From Eledone cirrhosa (Eukaryota), in the NCBI GenBank assembly GCA_964016885.1, contig OZ024742.1, positions 13,454,001 to 13,518,000 on the forward strand: a stretch of DNA of 64,000 nt, read 5' to 3'. This document shows positions 13,088 to 27,134 of the stretch, in pieces; the stretch's first letter is position 1; each line of letters opens with the position of its first letter. The notes under the pieces were generated by a model, which saw only the letters and a program-made list of their open reading frames with translations, had not been told where the DNA came from and did not search any database. The translations under genes and the position numbers were made by a program.

Positions 13088-15217
13088 AATTCCATATATG
13101 GTCAAAGTGATTGTCAAAAATCAGTAGTAATTCTGTGGTTGCAAATTAGTAGGGGAGATGGTGGCTAAACCCGCCAGTAGGAGAAAGAGGGGAGGGGTGG
13201 AGTAGACCCAATCAAGCGTTGGTAGTGCCAGCTACAGCTGGGCATGAGGTCAAAGAAGATACAGGGGAGGGGGAGGGGGAGGAAATCGGAACGGTAGGTA
13301 GAACAATGGGGGGTAGAAATATATAGGAAAGAAAAAATACTGAGAGTGAAGAAAAGCAAATAAGTGTAAAGAAAAAAGTAAAGTAAATTCTACGACCTAG
13401 GTCTCTAGCCATTGTTAGGCTAGAATAAATAAATAAAGAAAGAAAGAAGTAAAGAAAGAAATGAAGAAATAACGAAATAAGTAAAAGAACTAGGTGGGAC
13501 GGGATAGGCAAGGACCCTTTTAAGAGGTATAAGTACGTAAATGATACGGTGACGGGTCAACAAAAGGGGCCAAAATACTAAAGAGACTACCACGAAATAA
13601 ACAATAAAGGTTTCCATCCCGGGCACAATGCCGGCAACCACCCAGTGCAGCAAAGTGAACTAGTACGAGATAATAATTCTGAGTCCCGAGAAAAATATAT
13701 ACTAATGCTAACTCTAAAAGATCTAAAACAAGCTACATGAAAGTTCGTACGAAGTAAAGGTAGAATACGGAAAAATAAATTCAGAATCCACCCCGCCCAA
13801 AAGAAAAGCGAAGAAAGAAATACTGAAACGAAAAAATAAGGCATAAGTGCCACTAAGTAATATAGAGGGCACAGAGAATAGTGGGAGCGGTCGGAAAAAG
13901 GGGACAAGTATCCGGGGTCTAAACCAACTGCTATAAAGGGCGAAGTCCGCCAAATCTATCATAGACTAGGGGAGGGGGTGGGGGTACTTTACAAATGCTG
14001 TTTTCGACGGACCAACTCCTAAACAAGAAAGATGAACTGGTTACTGCATGTAAACATAGATTGCGTAGGACTTACCTCGCCCTCAAACCCCATAATGACC
14101 CAGGGGGGTAGACTAGGGCTATAACACCCCACTTGCCGATTTTGCAATGGGTAACCCCTGCTTGCCAAGGGAGACGTAAGATCTTCTTTGTATTCTTTTA
14201 TCGCTTCCTTTATTTCCCCCCCCTCTCTCCTTAGTCCTTCTACCCCAGCTCTTCTCCTTTGTCGGCGTCTTTTCTCGCCCACCCGAGGCTGCCCTTTGGC
14301 CCCTTGTAGCCTTAGTACCCCACGCCCTCCCCTAGTCTATGATAGATTTGGCGGACTCCGCCCTTTATAGCAGTTGGTTTAGACCCCGGATACTTGTCCC
14401 CTTTTTCCGACCGCTCCCACTATTCTCTGTGCCCTCTATATTTCTTAGTGGCACTTATGCCTTATTTTTTCGTTTCAGTATTTCTTTCTTCGCTTTTCTT
14501 TTGGGCGGGGTGGATTCTGAATTTATTTTTCCGTATTCTACCTTTACTTCGTACGAACTTTCATGTAGCTTGTTTTAGATCTTTTAGAGTTAGCATTAGT
14601 ATATATTTTTCTCGGGACTCAGAATTATTATCTCGTACTAGTTCACTTTGCTGCACTGGGTGGTTGCCGGCATTGTGCCCGGGATGGAAACCTTTATTGT
14701 TTATTTCGTGGTAGTCTCTTTAGTATTTTGGCCCCTTTTGTTGACCCGTCACCGTATCATTTACGTACTTATACCTCTTAAAAGGGCCCTTGCCTATCTC
14801 GTCCCACCTAGTTCTTTTACTTATTTCGTTATTTCTTCATTTCTTTCTTTACTTCTTTCTTTCTTTATTTATTTATTTATTCTAGCCTAACAATAGCTAG
14901 AGACCTAGGTCGTAGAATTTACTTTACTTTTTTCTTTACACTTATTTGCTTTTCTTCACTCTCAGTATTTTTTCTTTCCTATATATTTCTACCCCCCATT
15001 GTTCTACCTACCGTTCCGATTTCCTCCCCCTCCCCCTCCCCTGTATCTTCTTTGACCTCATGCCCAGCTGTAGCTGGCACTACCAACGCTTGATTGGGTC
15101 TACTCCACCCCTCCCCTCTTTCTCCTACTGGCAGGTTTAGCCACCATCTCCCCTACTAATTTGCAACCACAGAATTACTACTGATTTCTGACAATCACTT
15201 TGACCATATATGGAATT

Positions 15218-15311
15218 ACCCCTTGAGAAGATCGGCTATTTAAATACCAGGATAAATTTTCATTTAGTCCAGAATTAGCCGTCGAAACGGCTTGAGCTCA
15301 GCTGTCGGGGT
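15218..15311 (+). ncRNA. Hammerhead ribozyme, U3-A8 core variant (right arm)
   Basis: ACCCC-TTGAGAA-GA(T)CGGCTA...TAGCCGTC-GAAACGGC(TTGAGCTCA)GCT-GTC-GGGGT. Stems I, II and III all pair; GUC site. Confidence 0.75.
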
Positions 15312-15402
15312 CTTACTGGTTCCTATTACCCACTCTACTACCTCAAGTATTGAGTACTTTGGTGCGTTATGGTCCACCTGGTTCCTTACCACATTTCCTT
15401 CG

Positions 15403-15456
<54 letters not shown>

Positions 15457-17231
15457 TAGCGATGTTGAATCCGCGCCTACTAAGCAATTTCATGTTAAAG
15501 TCCTTTTTATTTACGAACTTTCCAACTCTGATTCGATTATAGTGTACCCACGATTGTTTGAGTTATACAGTGTACCCGGTAGTGGCTTATGTGGAAGGAA
15601 GTACATTGACTATCCACAAAACAGTGTTCGTTGATGTCTTCTTAATCCGTGATATATATTTTTGTGATTTCGTACTTTTAGTTACCAGATTGTTCCTATT
15701 GTTATCATGTGGTCCATAATAAATACTTGACGTACTTATATGGAAATTGATTTAAAAGAAACATATATATATATATATTTTATATTTGTTTGTTGAATGT
15801 TGGAAATAATTTTGAAACCAAAACAATTCATCTAATTAAATCATATTTTGATTCCTTTTAATTTTCCTGAATTTTCGACCACGACAGTAATGTTTCAAAT
15901 GAAAGGTATTACTGCTACATCTATAAAGTAACTTAACCAATTCTGTCGGTCTTCTTCTTCTTGCTGCTCTTGCTCAAGGAGGCTGGGATCATCCTAACCT
16001 AGCGATCTCAGAAGTATCATCATGCGTAGATCAGAGCCGAAAATCTTTGATAACAGCACCATTCACAATTGCCACCAATCTAACCAGACGACTAATTATA
16101 TAATGTTACTACAATCTACAAGCAATTAGGTCCATCTCTAAATGTTTAAAAACTTCCGAAGTAAATAACAGTGTTCCAAATTCCCAATTTTAAAGGATAT
16201 ATTATATAAATGTCCTGTAAAAAAAAAGGTAATTCAAATATCCATCAAAACGAAATCTAAAATCAAATGTTAAGAAATGATACAAGCAAGTACTTGATTC
16301 TTTTATTTCGATTTCTAAATCTTATCTTTGTTATATTTCAATATATTCTCACTTCTATCAGAGAGGCCAATATTTCTAAAGAACTGTTTGTTATCATTTC
16401 AGTGAATCAATACTTATATATTATTGAAATAGTCCAAACACTAAGCTAAGTTGTTTTTTTTTCTTATCTTTTCTTTAGTTTTGTTTTGATTCCTATTTCC
16501 TATGATAAATGTTGTATTTTAACTTTAATGAATATACTTCGGTTAATATATTTATTCAATTACTTCTGCGAATTTCCTTGTCTTTCCTGTTGGGTTGGTT
16601 ACATTATATATTTTTTTAATTCTGTATATTTTTTCTTCTCATTTTATCCCGATATATTTAGCAACATTATATATATATATTATTTATATTTACTATTCAA
16701 ATAGGATATCAAAGTCTGTTTTTGGAACAGAATAGAACAAACTATTTACTAAATAGCTTAATAAACTGACCACTTTATTTATATATATATTATATATATT
16801 TTATTTGTCATTTTTGTTTGGTTGAAGGCCGTTAAAGAAACAATCTGTTAGATATTTCAATTGTATTTTATTAAAATATTTACTTCGGTAATTGAAGTCA
16901 ATAAATATATTCGCCAATTGTCAATATATCAATTCACATAACACAAATTTGTTTAATTTTCATCTCTATATATTATATATTTCATTAAATTTTATTTATT
17001 CTATTTTTCATTTTTATCCCCCCACCCCCATGAAATTATATAAATAAATAAATAAATCTACTTCTATTTCTTTCTTTTCAATTTACTGTTATAAAATGTT
17101 ATTTTATTTCCTTCCATCATTTATCAAATCACACACACACACACATACACATATATACACACACATACTCGCACACACACGCATGCACACACACACATAT
17201 ACACATACACGTACCCACACACATATATATT

Positions 17232-17273
<42 letters not shown>

Positions 17274-17784
17274 CATATGCATTAATGTATGTATGTGTAT
17301 ATAATATGTGTGCATATACGTGTTTATTAGTCTACCAACACTCATATATATATGTATGCATACATATACATATATATCATATATATCATATATACATACA
17401 TACATACATACATATATACATACCTAACTATATGTATCTGGGTTTGTGGTGTATGTGTATAAGCGTGCGTTTTTATCCTTGTGAACAAACACATATACGC
17501 ACAACACTCTCACACACATACATACATCCACACACATCCACACATACACATACACACACACACATCACACATCCACACACATCACACATCCACACACACA
17601 CACATCCACACCCACACACACACACACACATCACACATCTACATAGATCTACATACGTAAATACCTCTATCAATATCATTGCCGATAAAAATCTAATTTA
17701 TTATAACATTTTTTAATGGTTTTCAATTTTCTTCAAACGGAGTTGCTACTCATAAGTTTATCTTACACACACCTACACATACTT

Positions 17785-20045
17785 TAGGCCACATATACAC
17801 ACACATACACCTACACACATATACACCTTCACACATATGAGGCCACACATACACACACACACACATGAGGCCACACATACACACACATACACACACACAC
17901 ACACACACGAGGCCACACATACGTCCACACACACACACATGAGGCCACACATACACACGCATACATACATACACACACACACGAGGCCACACATACGTCC
18001 ACACACACACACACACACGAGGCCACACATACGTCCACACACACACACACGAGGCCACACATACGTCCACACACATACACACACACACACATGAGGCCAC
18101 ACATACGTCCATACACACACACACACACATGAGGCCACACATACACACGCATACATACATACACACACACACGAGGCCACACATACGTCCACACACACAC
18201 ACACACACACACACGAGGCCACACATACGTCCACACACACACACACGAGGCCACACATACGTCCACACACACACACATGAGGCCACACGTACACACACAT
18301 ACACACACACACACATGAGGCCACACATACGTCCATACACACACACACACACATGAGGCCACACATACACACGCATACATACATACACACACACACGAGG
18401 CCACACATACGTCCACACACACACACACACACGAGGCCACACATACGTCCACACACACACACACGAGGCCACACATACGTCCACACACACACACATGAGG
18501 CCACACGTACACACACATACACACACACACACATGAGGCCACACATACGTCCATACACACACACACACACATGAGGCCACACATACACACGCATACATAC
18601 ATACACACACACACGAGGCCACACATACGTCCACACACACACACACACACACACACGAGGCCACACATACGTCCACACACACACACACGAGGCCACACAT
18701 ACGTCCACACACACACACATGAGGCCACACGTACACACACATACACACACACACACATGAGGCTACACATACGTCCATACACACACACACACATGAGGCC
18801 ACACATACACACGCATACATACATACACACACACACACGAGGCCACACATACGTCCACACACACACATACACACACATACACACACACACACATGAGGCC
18901 ACACATACGTCCACACACACACACATGAGGCCAAACATGCACACGCATACATACACACACACACGAGGCCACACATACGTCCACACACACACACACACAT
19001 GAGGCCACACATACGTCCACACACACACACACATGAGGCCACACATACACACGCATACATACACACACACGAGGCCACACATACGTCCACACACACACAC
19101 ACACATGAGGCCACACATACGTCCACACACACACACACATGAGTCCACACGTACACACACATACACATTTACACACACGAGGCCACACATACGTCCACAC
19201 ACACACACACGAGGCCACACATACGTCCACACACACACACATGAGTCCACACGTACACACACATACACATTTACACACACGAGGCCTCACATACGTCCAC
19301 ACACACACACATGAGGCCACACATACGTCCACACACACACACACATGAGTCCACACGTACACACACATACACATTTACACACACGAGGCCTCACATATGT
19401 CCACACACACACACATGAGGCCACACATACACACGCATACATATATACACACACACACGAGGCCACACATACGTCCACACACACACACACACATGAGGCC
19501 ACACATACGTCCACACACACACACACATGAGTCCACACGTACACACACATACACATTTACACACACGAGGCCTCACATACGTCCACACACACACACATGA
19601 GGCCACACATACACACGCATACATACATACACACACACACGAGGCCACACATACGTCCACACACACACACACACACACATGAGACCACACATACGTCCAC
19701 ACACACACACACATAAGGCCACACATACGTCCACACACACACACACATGAGGCCACACATACGTCCACACACACACACGAGGCCACACATACGTCCACAC
19801 ACACACACACACACATGAGGCCACACGTACAAACACATACACATTTACACACATGAGGCCTCACATACGCCCCCCCCCACACACACATATGAGGCCACAC
19901 ATACGTCCACACACACACACACACACATGAGGCCACACATACACACTCACACACACGAGGCCAAACATACGTCCACACACACACACACATGAGGCCACAC
20001 ATACACACACACACACACACACACGAGGCCACACATACGTCCACA
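17785..20045. repeat. Compound minisatellite: GAGGCCACACATACGTCC core plus variable (CA)n
   Basis: Direct. Explains all Cys/Val-rich and His/Thr-rich ORFs here. Confidence 0.95.
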
Positions 20046-20419
20046 CTGCTAAACGTTCTAATACAACATATAATCATTTTTCTCGGCCATTCTATTATTC
20101 CCACCATTGCAAATACCCCCCCCCCAATCCGTCATATCTATCCGTATCATTATAGTCACTAGTAACACGACTATTAGTCGCACCTATTATAAAATTAGTA
20201 ATGACGTCATCAACAAGATTGCAACGATAACCTAACTACTTGAGTAGAGACGCAACAAAACCAACAACAACCAACTTTGTTATTTTATAAAATATAACAA
20301 GAATTATTATAATATGAACAAACTTTGAAGTAGAAATATATTTTATATTAGATTTTATTTAGTAGAGTTATAGCAACAAGAAATTAGCATATCCTCTTAT
20401 GAATAATAATTGTTTCTAC

Positions 20420-20778
20420 TTTTGGCACAAGACCAGCAATTACTCAGTGCATTACTGGTACTTTATTTTATCGAGCCCGTATGGATGAAAGGCAAAGTTG
20501 ACCTCGACGGGATTTGAACTCAGACAGTAAAGGAACATAATTATGCTAGAAAGCATGGCGTCCGACCCTCTAGCGATACTGCCAATCCACCACCCTAGCA
20601 TGGCGTCCGACCCTCTACCGATACTGCCAATCCACCACCCTAGCATGGCGTCCGACCCTCTAGCGATACTGCCAATCCACCACCCTAGCATGGCGTCCGA
20701 CCCTCTACCGATACTGCCAATCCACCACCCTAGCATGGCGTCCGACCCTCTAGCGATACTGCCAATTCACCGCCCCAA
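20420..20778 (-). mobile_element. SINE with about five tandem 42-bp copies of its 5' head
   Basis: Body matches the copies at 33308 and 42111. 20553-20770 repeats AGCATGGCGTCCGACCCTCTA(G/C)CGATACTGCCAATCCACCACCCT. Confidence 0.85.
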
Positions 20779-20924
20779 TATGAATAATAATATGTATAAT
20801 TTCTGGCCGAGGATAAAGAAATTAATTTGAAGGGATGGGTAAGTCAAATTACATTGACCCCATTTCTTAACTGGTACTTACATTGTTGATCACCAAGTTC
20901 AACATCGGCATTTACTCCTCTTTC

Positions 20925-21300
20925 CAGTCTACAGGTAAATGTTCTGTGTGACCCCATACCATTGCGTCATTCTCACAAACTTTTACCAACCTTTTAACAA
21001 ATATGTAGGGGGGGGGGGGTATTTCTATCTTCATCATCATGTTCTTTTCCAAGTGGAATTTAAGAACAGTTCTTTCAGCCTCATCCATCACACCTCTTTC
21101 GTAATAGTCAACAGAAGAAAATTGATGCCCTTCCAGGCCAAAAGAAAGCGGCAGGTAGATCTTCACGATAGAGTTGGACACGAACCAGATCTTTCCACAA
21201 GTCAGCAGTGTACGGACACTATACGTGTTCTTGGAGAGCTCATAACTTCCGGGCTGGTTTATAAGACAGGACTTCTGTACCTGTAGAGTTTGTTTCAGAA
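20925..21300 (-). mobile_element. Decayed L1/Tx1-like LINE 3' fragment
   Basis: Frames give HV*CPYTADLWK, KEV*WMRLKE and LKFHLEK, similar to the fragment at 33520. Confidence 0.45.
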
Positions 21301-21649
21301 CATCCATTCATAATTTACTAGATGAAAGGCGGGGAAATCGAGAGAGGCTATGTGTCTGCTCATGACGGCATGAACATCGAAACCTTTAACTCAAACATAA
21401 TACAAAGTCATACACAATTGCGTTCGACAGCAGTAATATGTGTACACACACACACACACACATACACACACGCACATACATATATATATTATATGGCGGG
21501 GTATTTCTGCTTGAGTGTTTGTGTGTGTAATACTGACATGAATGTTATCAACAAACAACAATAATATAGAGAAAAAATATAAAATTCCGATGGAAATAAT
21601 TGAATATATGTTAAAGATTTACAGATCAAATATTTTTAAAATGTCTTGG

Positions 21650-21690
21650 TGAACTCACAGTTTCGCCTAAAAGAGGCTTTTCAGTGTTCA
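21650..21690 (-). ncRNA. Degenerate hammerhead motif
   Basis: TGAACA-CTGAAAA-GCCT(CTTTT)AGGC-GAAACTGTG-AGTTCA. Stems I and II pair, but G8 and the cleavage triplet are altered. Confidence 0.45.
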
Positions 21691-21757
21691 GGCCAAACAG
21701 CAATGAGCTTGTTCGTTTCGAATATAACTATAAATATCGATAATTATGCATAAGTAT

Positions 21758-21874
<117 letters not shown>

Positions 21875-21924
21875 GTGGAGGGGGATGTATGCGTATATGT
21901 GTGTGTGTGTGTATGTGTGTATGT

Positions 21925-21965
<41 letters not shown>

Positions 21966-22554
21966 TGTATGCTTGTATATGTATGCTATGATAACTTGTG
22001 TTTGTTTGTATGTATGAGATGTATGTGTATCATCTATACACATGAGAAGTACAAATGAAATATATGGAAATAAATATACTTCAGAAAGAAAACCAAAATG
22101 TAAACGTTATTTCCGTGTAGAAATTAAATATAAAAATGCTACTAAAGAACAGCATTAAGTTCGCATTAATTCGTGTTCGGAATAATCAGCAACAGAATAG
22201 AAAACCAAGGTAATAAAAAGGAGTTTCGCTCCTTTGATCTAAGCGGAAACGCCAAGCGACTTCAATAAAGAAATTGAAAGTGGACTCTTGCAATTTAAGC
22301 ACATGCTAATGTGATTTATGATTTGTTATGACGTCAGTGGTTGTTGATTATTCTAACCATATATAGCTTCTGGGTAATAAAAACTTAGTTACTTGGCAAC
22401 AAAACAATCGAACACCAGAGGGCCGGTGTCGTTGCCGTTGTCAATCAACTCGGATAATGTTGCACGTTTAAAAGACTCTTGCTAAAACTTAATTATTATA
22501 AGTTTGTTAGTATTGAAATATATTCTCTATTTGTGTATATATATATATATTCAA

Positions 22555-22620
<66 letters not shown>

Positions 22621-23335
22621 ACATGTATGTTTGTCTGTATGCTGTATCATATATATTCAACGAAGGGGGTATTGGTTATGATTTAGTTAGATGGATTAAC
22701 AATTTTGTTAGATGTAATAACAAGAATAAATTATTTAGTTTATATATTAAGGTTTACTTCACTTGATTCAAAAAGAACAATAAACATATTACCACGAGTT
22801 TCAAAGGTTGACGAGGTTATTTTTGTTTTTGGTTCATGAGGCTGATTTAGTCTGCGCCAAGAGAGAGAGATAATGGTCTGTAGTTGACTGTAGCCCACTG
22901 TGGCCTGTAGATAGCTGTGAATCTTTCACATAGTTGGTCTGTATCGTAGTGCTCCGATCTCTCTGTATGTCTGTAGACCACTGGGGCCTGAAGATAGAGG
23001 TGAATCTTTACATAGTTTCTTGCTAGCGTAATGCTCCTATCTCTCTGTATAAACGTGGGATGATACAGGCTTTATATACCTGTCGCTTTCTGTCTCCCAC
23101 CTTGAGGGGATAGTCCACGCATGAACCTGTCCACACCAAAAGGGTGGTGACCTAGAGTTTGACCTTTAGGTGTCATCCAAGGTTCAAGTCGTGGACAGAT
23201 TTCGCTACATATACATATAAGTATGTGTTCCTATTTGCGAATGAATCGATGCGTGTATATATGTACGTGTGTCTGTGTATTCGTATATATATATATACAT
23301 ATATATAAATAAATAAACGCGTACATACACACACA

Positions 23336-23392
<57 letters not shown>

Positions 23393-23397
<5 letters not shown>

Positions 23398-26300
23398 GGG
23401 TATGACATTAAACTACATCCAGTGGCAAGGCTCCAGTTCGGGAGTTCAGGAGATGTGGGGAATGTGGAGTTACCCCTTAGTTGTCATGACTCCCAGGTCT
23501 TCCCTGGCCCAGGGTGTTAGTACCTGTTAGGGCTCCATTTATGGGTTAAATAACTACCTTATTCGAGTGGCGCCGGTAAGGTATTGTCAGCCATTGAAAA
23601 GAAATATGGAGAGTTGATCTAACCGCACTAGGGTTAGAGCCCCTAATTACACTGTCAAGTAGCAGCCTGGTCGTTATGACTCTGCTGGCTTAGAGCCACA
23701 GAGAGGGCCAGTGGATGATGGATCAGCTGTCTCTGAGACAAATATAAAGAATGCAGTTTTGTCCTGCAGAAGAGCCATCAAAATGGGCACTTTGAATGTG
23801 AGGACTATTCGGACGCTGGAGAAGAGAGAGGAGTTGGGACATCTGTTCGAGGAGAGTGGTATACAGATACTTGCGATCCAAGAACACAGGATTCTACACG
23901 ATGAGCCCGTGAGGAGTGTGATGATCGGGAGGCAGAGCCAGCTCATCACTACATCGGCAGTGAAGAACACAAATGCTGCAGTAGGGGGAGTGGGTTTTGT
24001 GTTCAGTGCAAAAAACAATCTCCCCGCAAGTGTTGAGGGTGACCTTCAATGGAAACCCAAGACTGACAGTCATCTCAGCCTATAGTCCAACCGAGGGGGA
24101 CAGTGATGTGAATGCGGAAGAGTTCCATGAGGAGGTGTGGAGAGCTGTCAACACCACTCAGGCACACAATATCCTGCTTGTTTGGGGGGACTTCAATGCA
24201 CATCTGAGTAAGGAGGGCATTGAAGATCCTTGCTGGTACTTCCATAACAACACCAACCGAAATGGAAGACTACTGAGAGACACCCTGCTGGAGGCGAACT
24301 TGATGGCGACCAACCTAAGGTTTAGGAAGAATCTGGGGAAGATGTGGACCTACATCTCAGATATGCACCTGTCCAAGTCCCAGATTGATTTCATTCTGGT
24401 GAGGAAAAAGTGGCGGAATAGTGTTCTGAACAAGGAACCATACAGCTATTTCAGTACACTGGGAAGTGACCACCGGCTTGTTATGAGTGAGGTCCGCGTG
24501 AGCTTAAGAAAGAGCAAGGCTCAGCCCCGGAGAACAATCTATGACTGAGGAGCTTTCAAGGAAGATGATAAGCTACAGGAGAGGTTCACAGTGGAAGTGA
24601 GAAACAGGTTTAGTGCTCTGTATTGAGAGTCAGAGGAGAGAGAGATTGGAAGGACTGGGGAGAGTGTGACGAGGAGGTACGGGTACTTCACCAATGCAGT
24701 GGCGGAAGCAAGTGAAACCCTGGTGCCGAGGAAAAAGAACAAAGGGAAGCACGTCAGCTCTGCAAACCTAAAAGAGTGTGCAGCCAGAGAACACCTGAAA
24801 GCTGCCAGGGAACAATTCTATGCTGATCCTACGGAGGAGAGGATGGTGACTGTGGAGGTGATGAGGGAAGAGCTCTGTACCGCTTACACTGAGGTCAGAG
24901 AGGAAGCACTGATAGAGAAGATCAGTGTGGAGAGAGCGGTTGGCAGGTCTGGATGTAAGGAGAGCTGGATGATCATCAACGAGATCACAGGGAGGAAGAG
25001 AAGGTGTTCGAGTCAGATCCAGGGAACGGGGCCCGAGGATAGGAAGAGGAAATGGCTAGACCATTTTAGGACCCTACTAGGAGAGCCACCCTCCACAGCC
25101 CAGAGCACTGGGGAGATCAGGAGGCTGTTTGAGGAACTGGATGTTGAGACAGAGCCCTTCACCAGAGAGGAGCTTCAGAGAGCCAAAAAGAAGATCAAGG
25201 AGAGCAAGGCTCATGGAGAAAATGGAGTGGCATCAGAGGTGATGAAGAGGTGTGATTTTGATGATATCATCCTGGGGTTCTGTAACGGGGAACTGGAGAA
25301 AGGAGTTGCCCCGAATCAGTGGAGGATCAGTAACATCGTCCCAGTGCCAAAGAAGGGAGATCTCTCTAGCACCAACAACTACCAGGGGATCTCACTGACG
25401 TCACTTGTGGCAAAGACCCTCAACAGGATGATTCTTAGCAGGATCCAGCCTGAGACGGAGAAGAAGCTCAGGGACAACCAGAACGGCTTCAGAGAGGGTA
25501 GATCAACCACCAGTCACATCCTGATGCTGAGGAGGATATTAGAGGGAGCTAGAGCAAAGTGCCTTCCTGCGATCATGGTTTTCATTGACTTTAGGAAGGC
25601 CTTTGATTCTGTGGACCGTTAGTGCCTGATCTTACAGGCTTATGGAATCCCCAAGAAGATAGTGGACCTGATATCACTGCTCTACACCAACACCAAAGCC
25701 CAAGTCATTACACCTGATGGGATGACACAGTTCTTTGAGAAACTGGCTGAAGTGCCCCAGGGAGATACATTGTCTCCCTACCTTTTTATCATCGTAGTGG
25801 ACTATTGTATGCGCCTTGCACTGGAGAAACACCAGGACTCTGGCTTTACTGTAGCACCGGCTCAGAGCAGGAGAGTTAGAGCGAAAAAGGTATCGGATGC
25901 TGAATTTGCCGACGACATAGTTTTGGTGACAAATACAGTGAAGGAGGCAGAGGATTTGATGCGGGAGGTTGAGACTGTGTCGATGAGTGTGGGGCTGAGA
26001 ATGAATGAAACTAAAACAAAATATCTGGTAGAGAATGTTGAGAAGCCAGAGGGGATCACTAATGTAGGCGGGAAGCCACTAGAATTGGTTGAGGACTTCC
26101 TGTATTTGGGAGCAAAGATTGGGAATACGGAAGATGATGTGGTTAAGAGGAAGAGCAAAGCCTGGGCGGCGTGCCACAGCTTGAGATCGGTGTGAAAGTC
26201 GGACCTTCGTAAAGACATGAAAATCCACCTCTTCATTGCTGTAGTGGAGTCTGTACTGCTGTATGGGTCTGAGACTTGGACACTGAACAAGAAACTCACT

Positions 26301-26661
26301 CAGATGGTGGATGGGTGCTACACGAGAATGCTGAGGATGGCTCTGAACATTAATCAGTATACACTGAGGATGAAAAATTCAGAGCTGTATGGGATCCTCC
26401 CAAAAGTCAGCTCAAAAGTGACACAGAGGAGACTGAGGTTGGCTGGACATGCTCACCGACATCCAGAGTTGACATTGCACTCAGTGCTCCTTTGGGAGCC
26501 CCTACATGGACACACTAGATGAGCATGACCAAGGTTAACATATGTTGATGCCCTAAGGACAGACACTGGTCTGTTGGACATGCAGGATATGGCAGCGATA
26601 ATGAGGGACAGAGACCGCTGGAGAGAACTCGTCCATGCATCTCGGGAATTTTACCCGCCTT

Positions 26662-26663
<2 letters not shown>
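23393..26663 (+). mobile_element. Near full-length RTE-clade LINE (APE endonuclease plus RT), disrupted
   Basis: GTLNVRT, IQEHR, GDFNAH, SDHRLV (APE); FIDFRKAFDSV, PQGDTLSP, FADD, LLYGSETW, LAGH (RT). Frameshifts and stops throughout; (TA)n on both sides. Confidence 0.95.
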
Positions 26664-26734
<71 letters not shown>

Positions 26735-26931
26735 TAAACGAAAAAGAAAATGCTGACAAATTGTTCAATTGTTCACAGTGAAAAATGATTTAATTAGGAA
26801 TAAGTGAGAATTAGTAATAGTATTGGTAAGTATTCAGTTTGGGTTTTAAGTTTTACCGGTTGCGCATTTCTAATGCTTTTCAAAAATAATTTTGAGATAG
26901 AGCGTCCGTGATGTTTGCTCTGATCTGATTA

Positions 26932-26971
<40 letters not shown>

Positions 26972-27091
26972 TATAGACATAGAATATTCGAAAATATTCT
27001 GTATGTTTATAATAAACATTTTGAAGACCTAATCGCTATAGAATAGAATACGTCACGTATTACAATTAGATTCTCGATAAAAGCAAGGGAA

Positions 27092-27134
27092 GTAATCTAC
27101 GCGTTTCATTCTTGTTAGAAATCTTCAGGACTAC
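27092..27134 (-). ncRNA. Minimal type I hammerhead; repeated at +310, +620, +930 and +1240
   Basis: Reverse complement of 28864-28906. Confidence 0.85.

Larger units (their letters stand above)
12980..15400. mobile_element. ~1-kb inverted repeat (arms ~12980-13988 and ~14314-15325) with a hammerhead at each outer end; probably head-to-head PLE 3' ends
   Basis: Arms are near-identical reverse complements (mirror ORFs in the track). Flanked by (TA)n. No recognisable protein. Confidence 0.8.

Noticed and set aside
13165-15140. Mirror-image hydrophobic ORFs in the 1-kb inverted repeat
   Set aside because: They result from T-rich composition and the inversion; no recognisable domain.
17785-20045. 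CRISPR-like repeat-spacer appearance; the 36-bp arrays were also considered
   Set aside because: The spacers are only (CA)n or absent, there are no cas genes, and the context is eukaryotic.
17096-20107. Cys/Val-rich and His/Thr-rich ORFs
   Set aside because: Artefacts of the (CA)n compound minisatellite.
22230-22445. TGACGTCA (CRE-like) site and a small hairpin in unique sequence, suggesting a promoter
   Set aside because: Short motifs expected by chance; no linked gene.
23113-23200. Large imperfect hairpin; minus strand TGGATGA-CACC(TAAA)GGTC-AAACTCTAG-GTC resembles a hammerhead
   Set aside because: Too many core deviations to call. It may be a decayed HHR but needs a family consensus.
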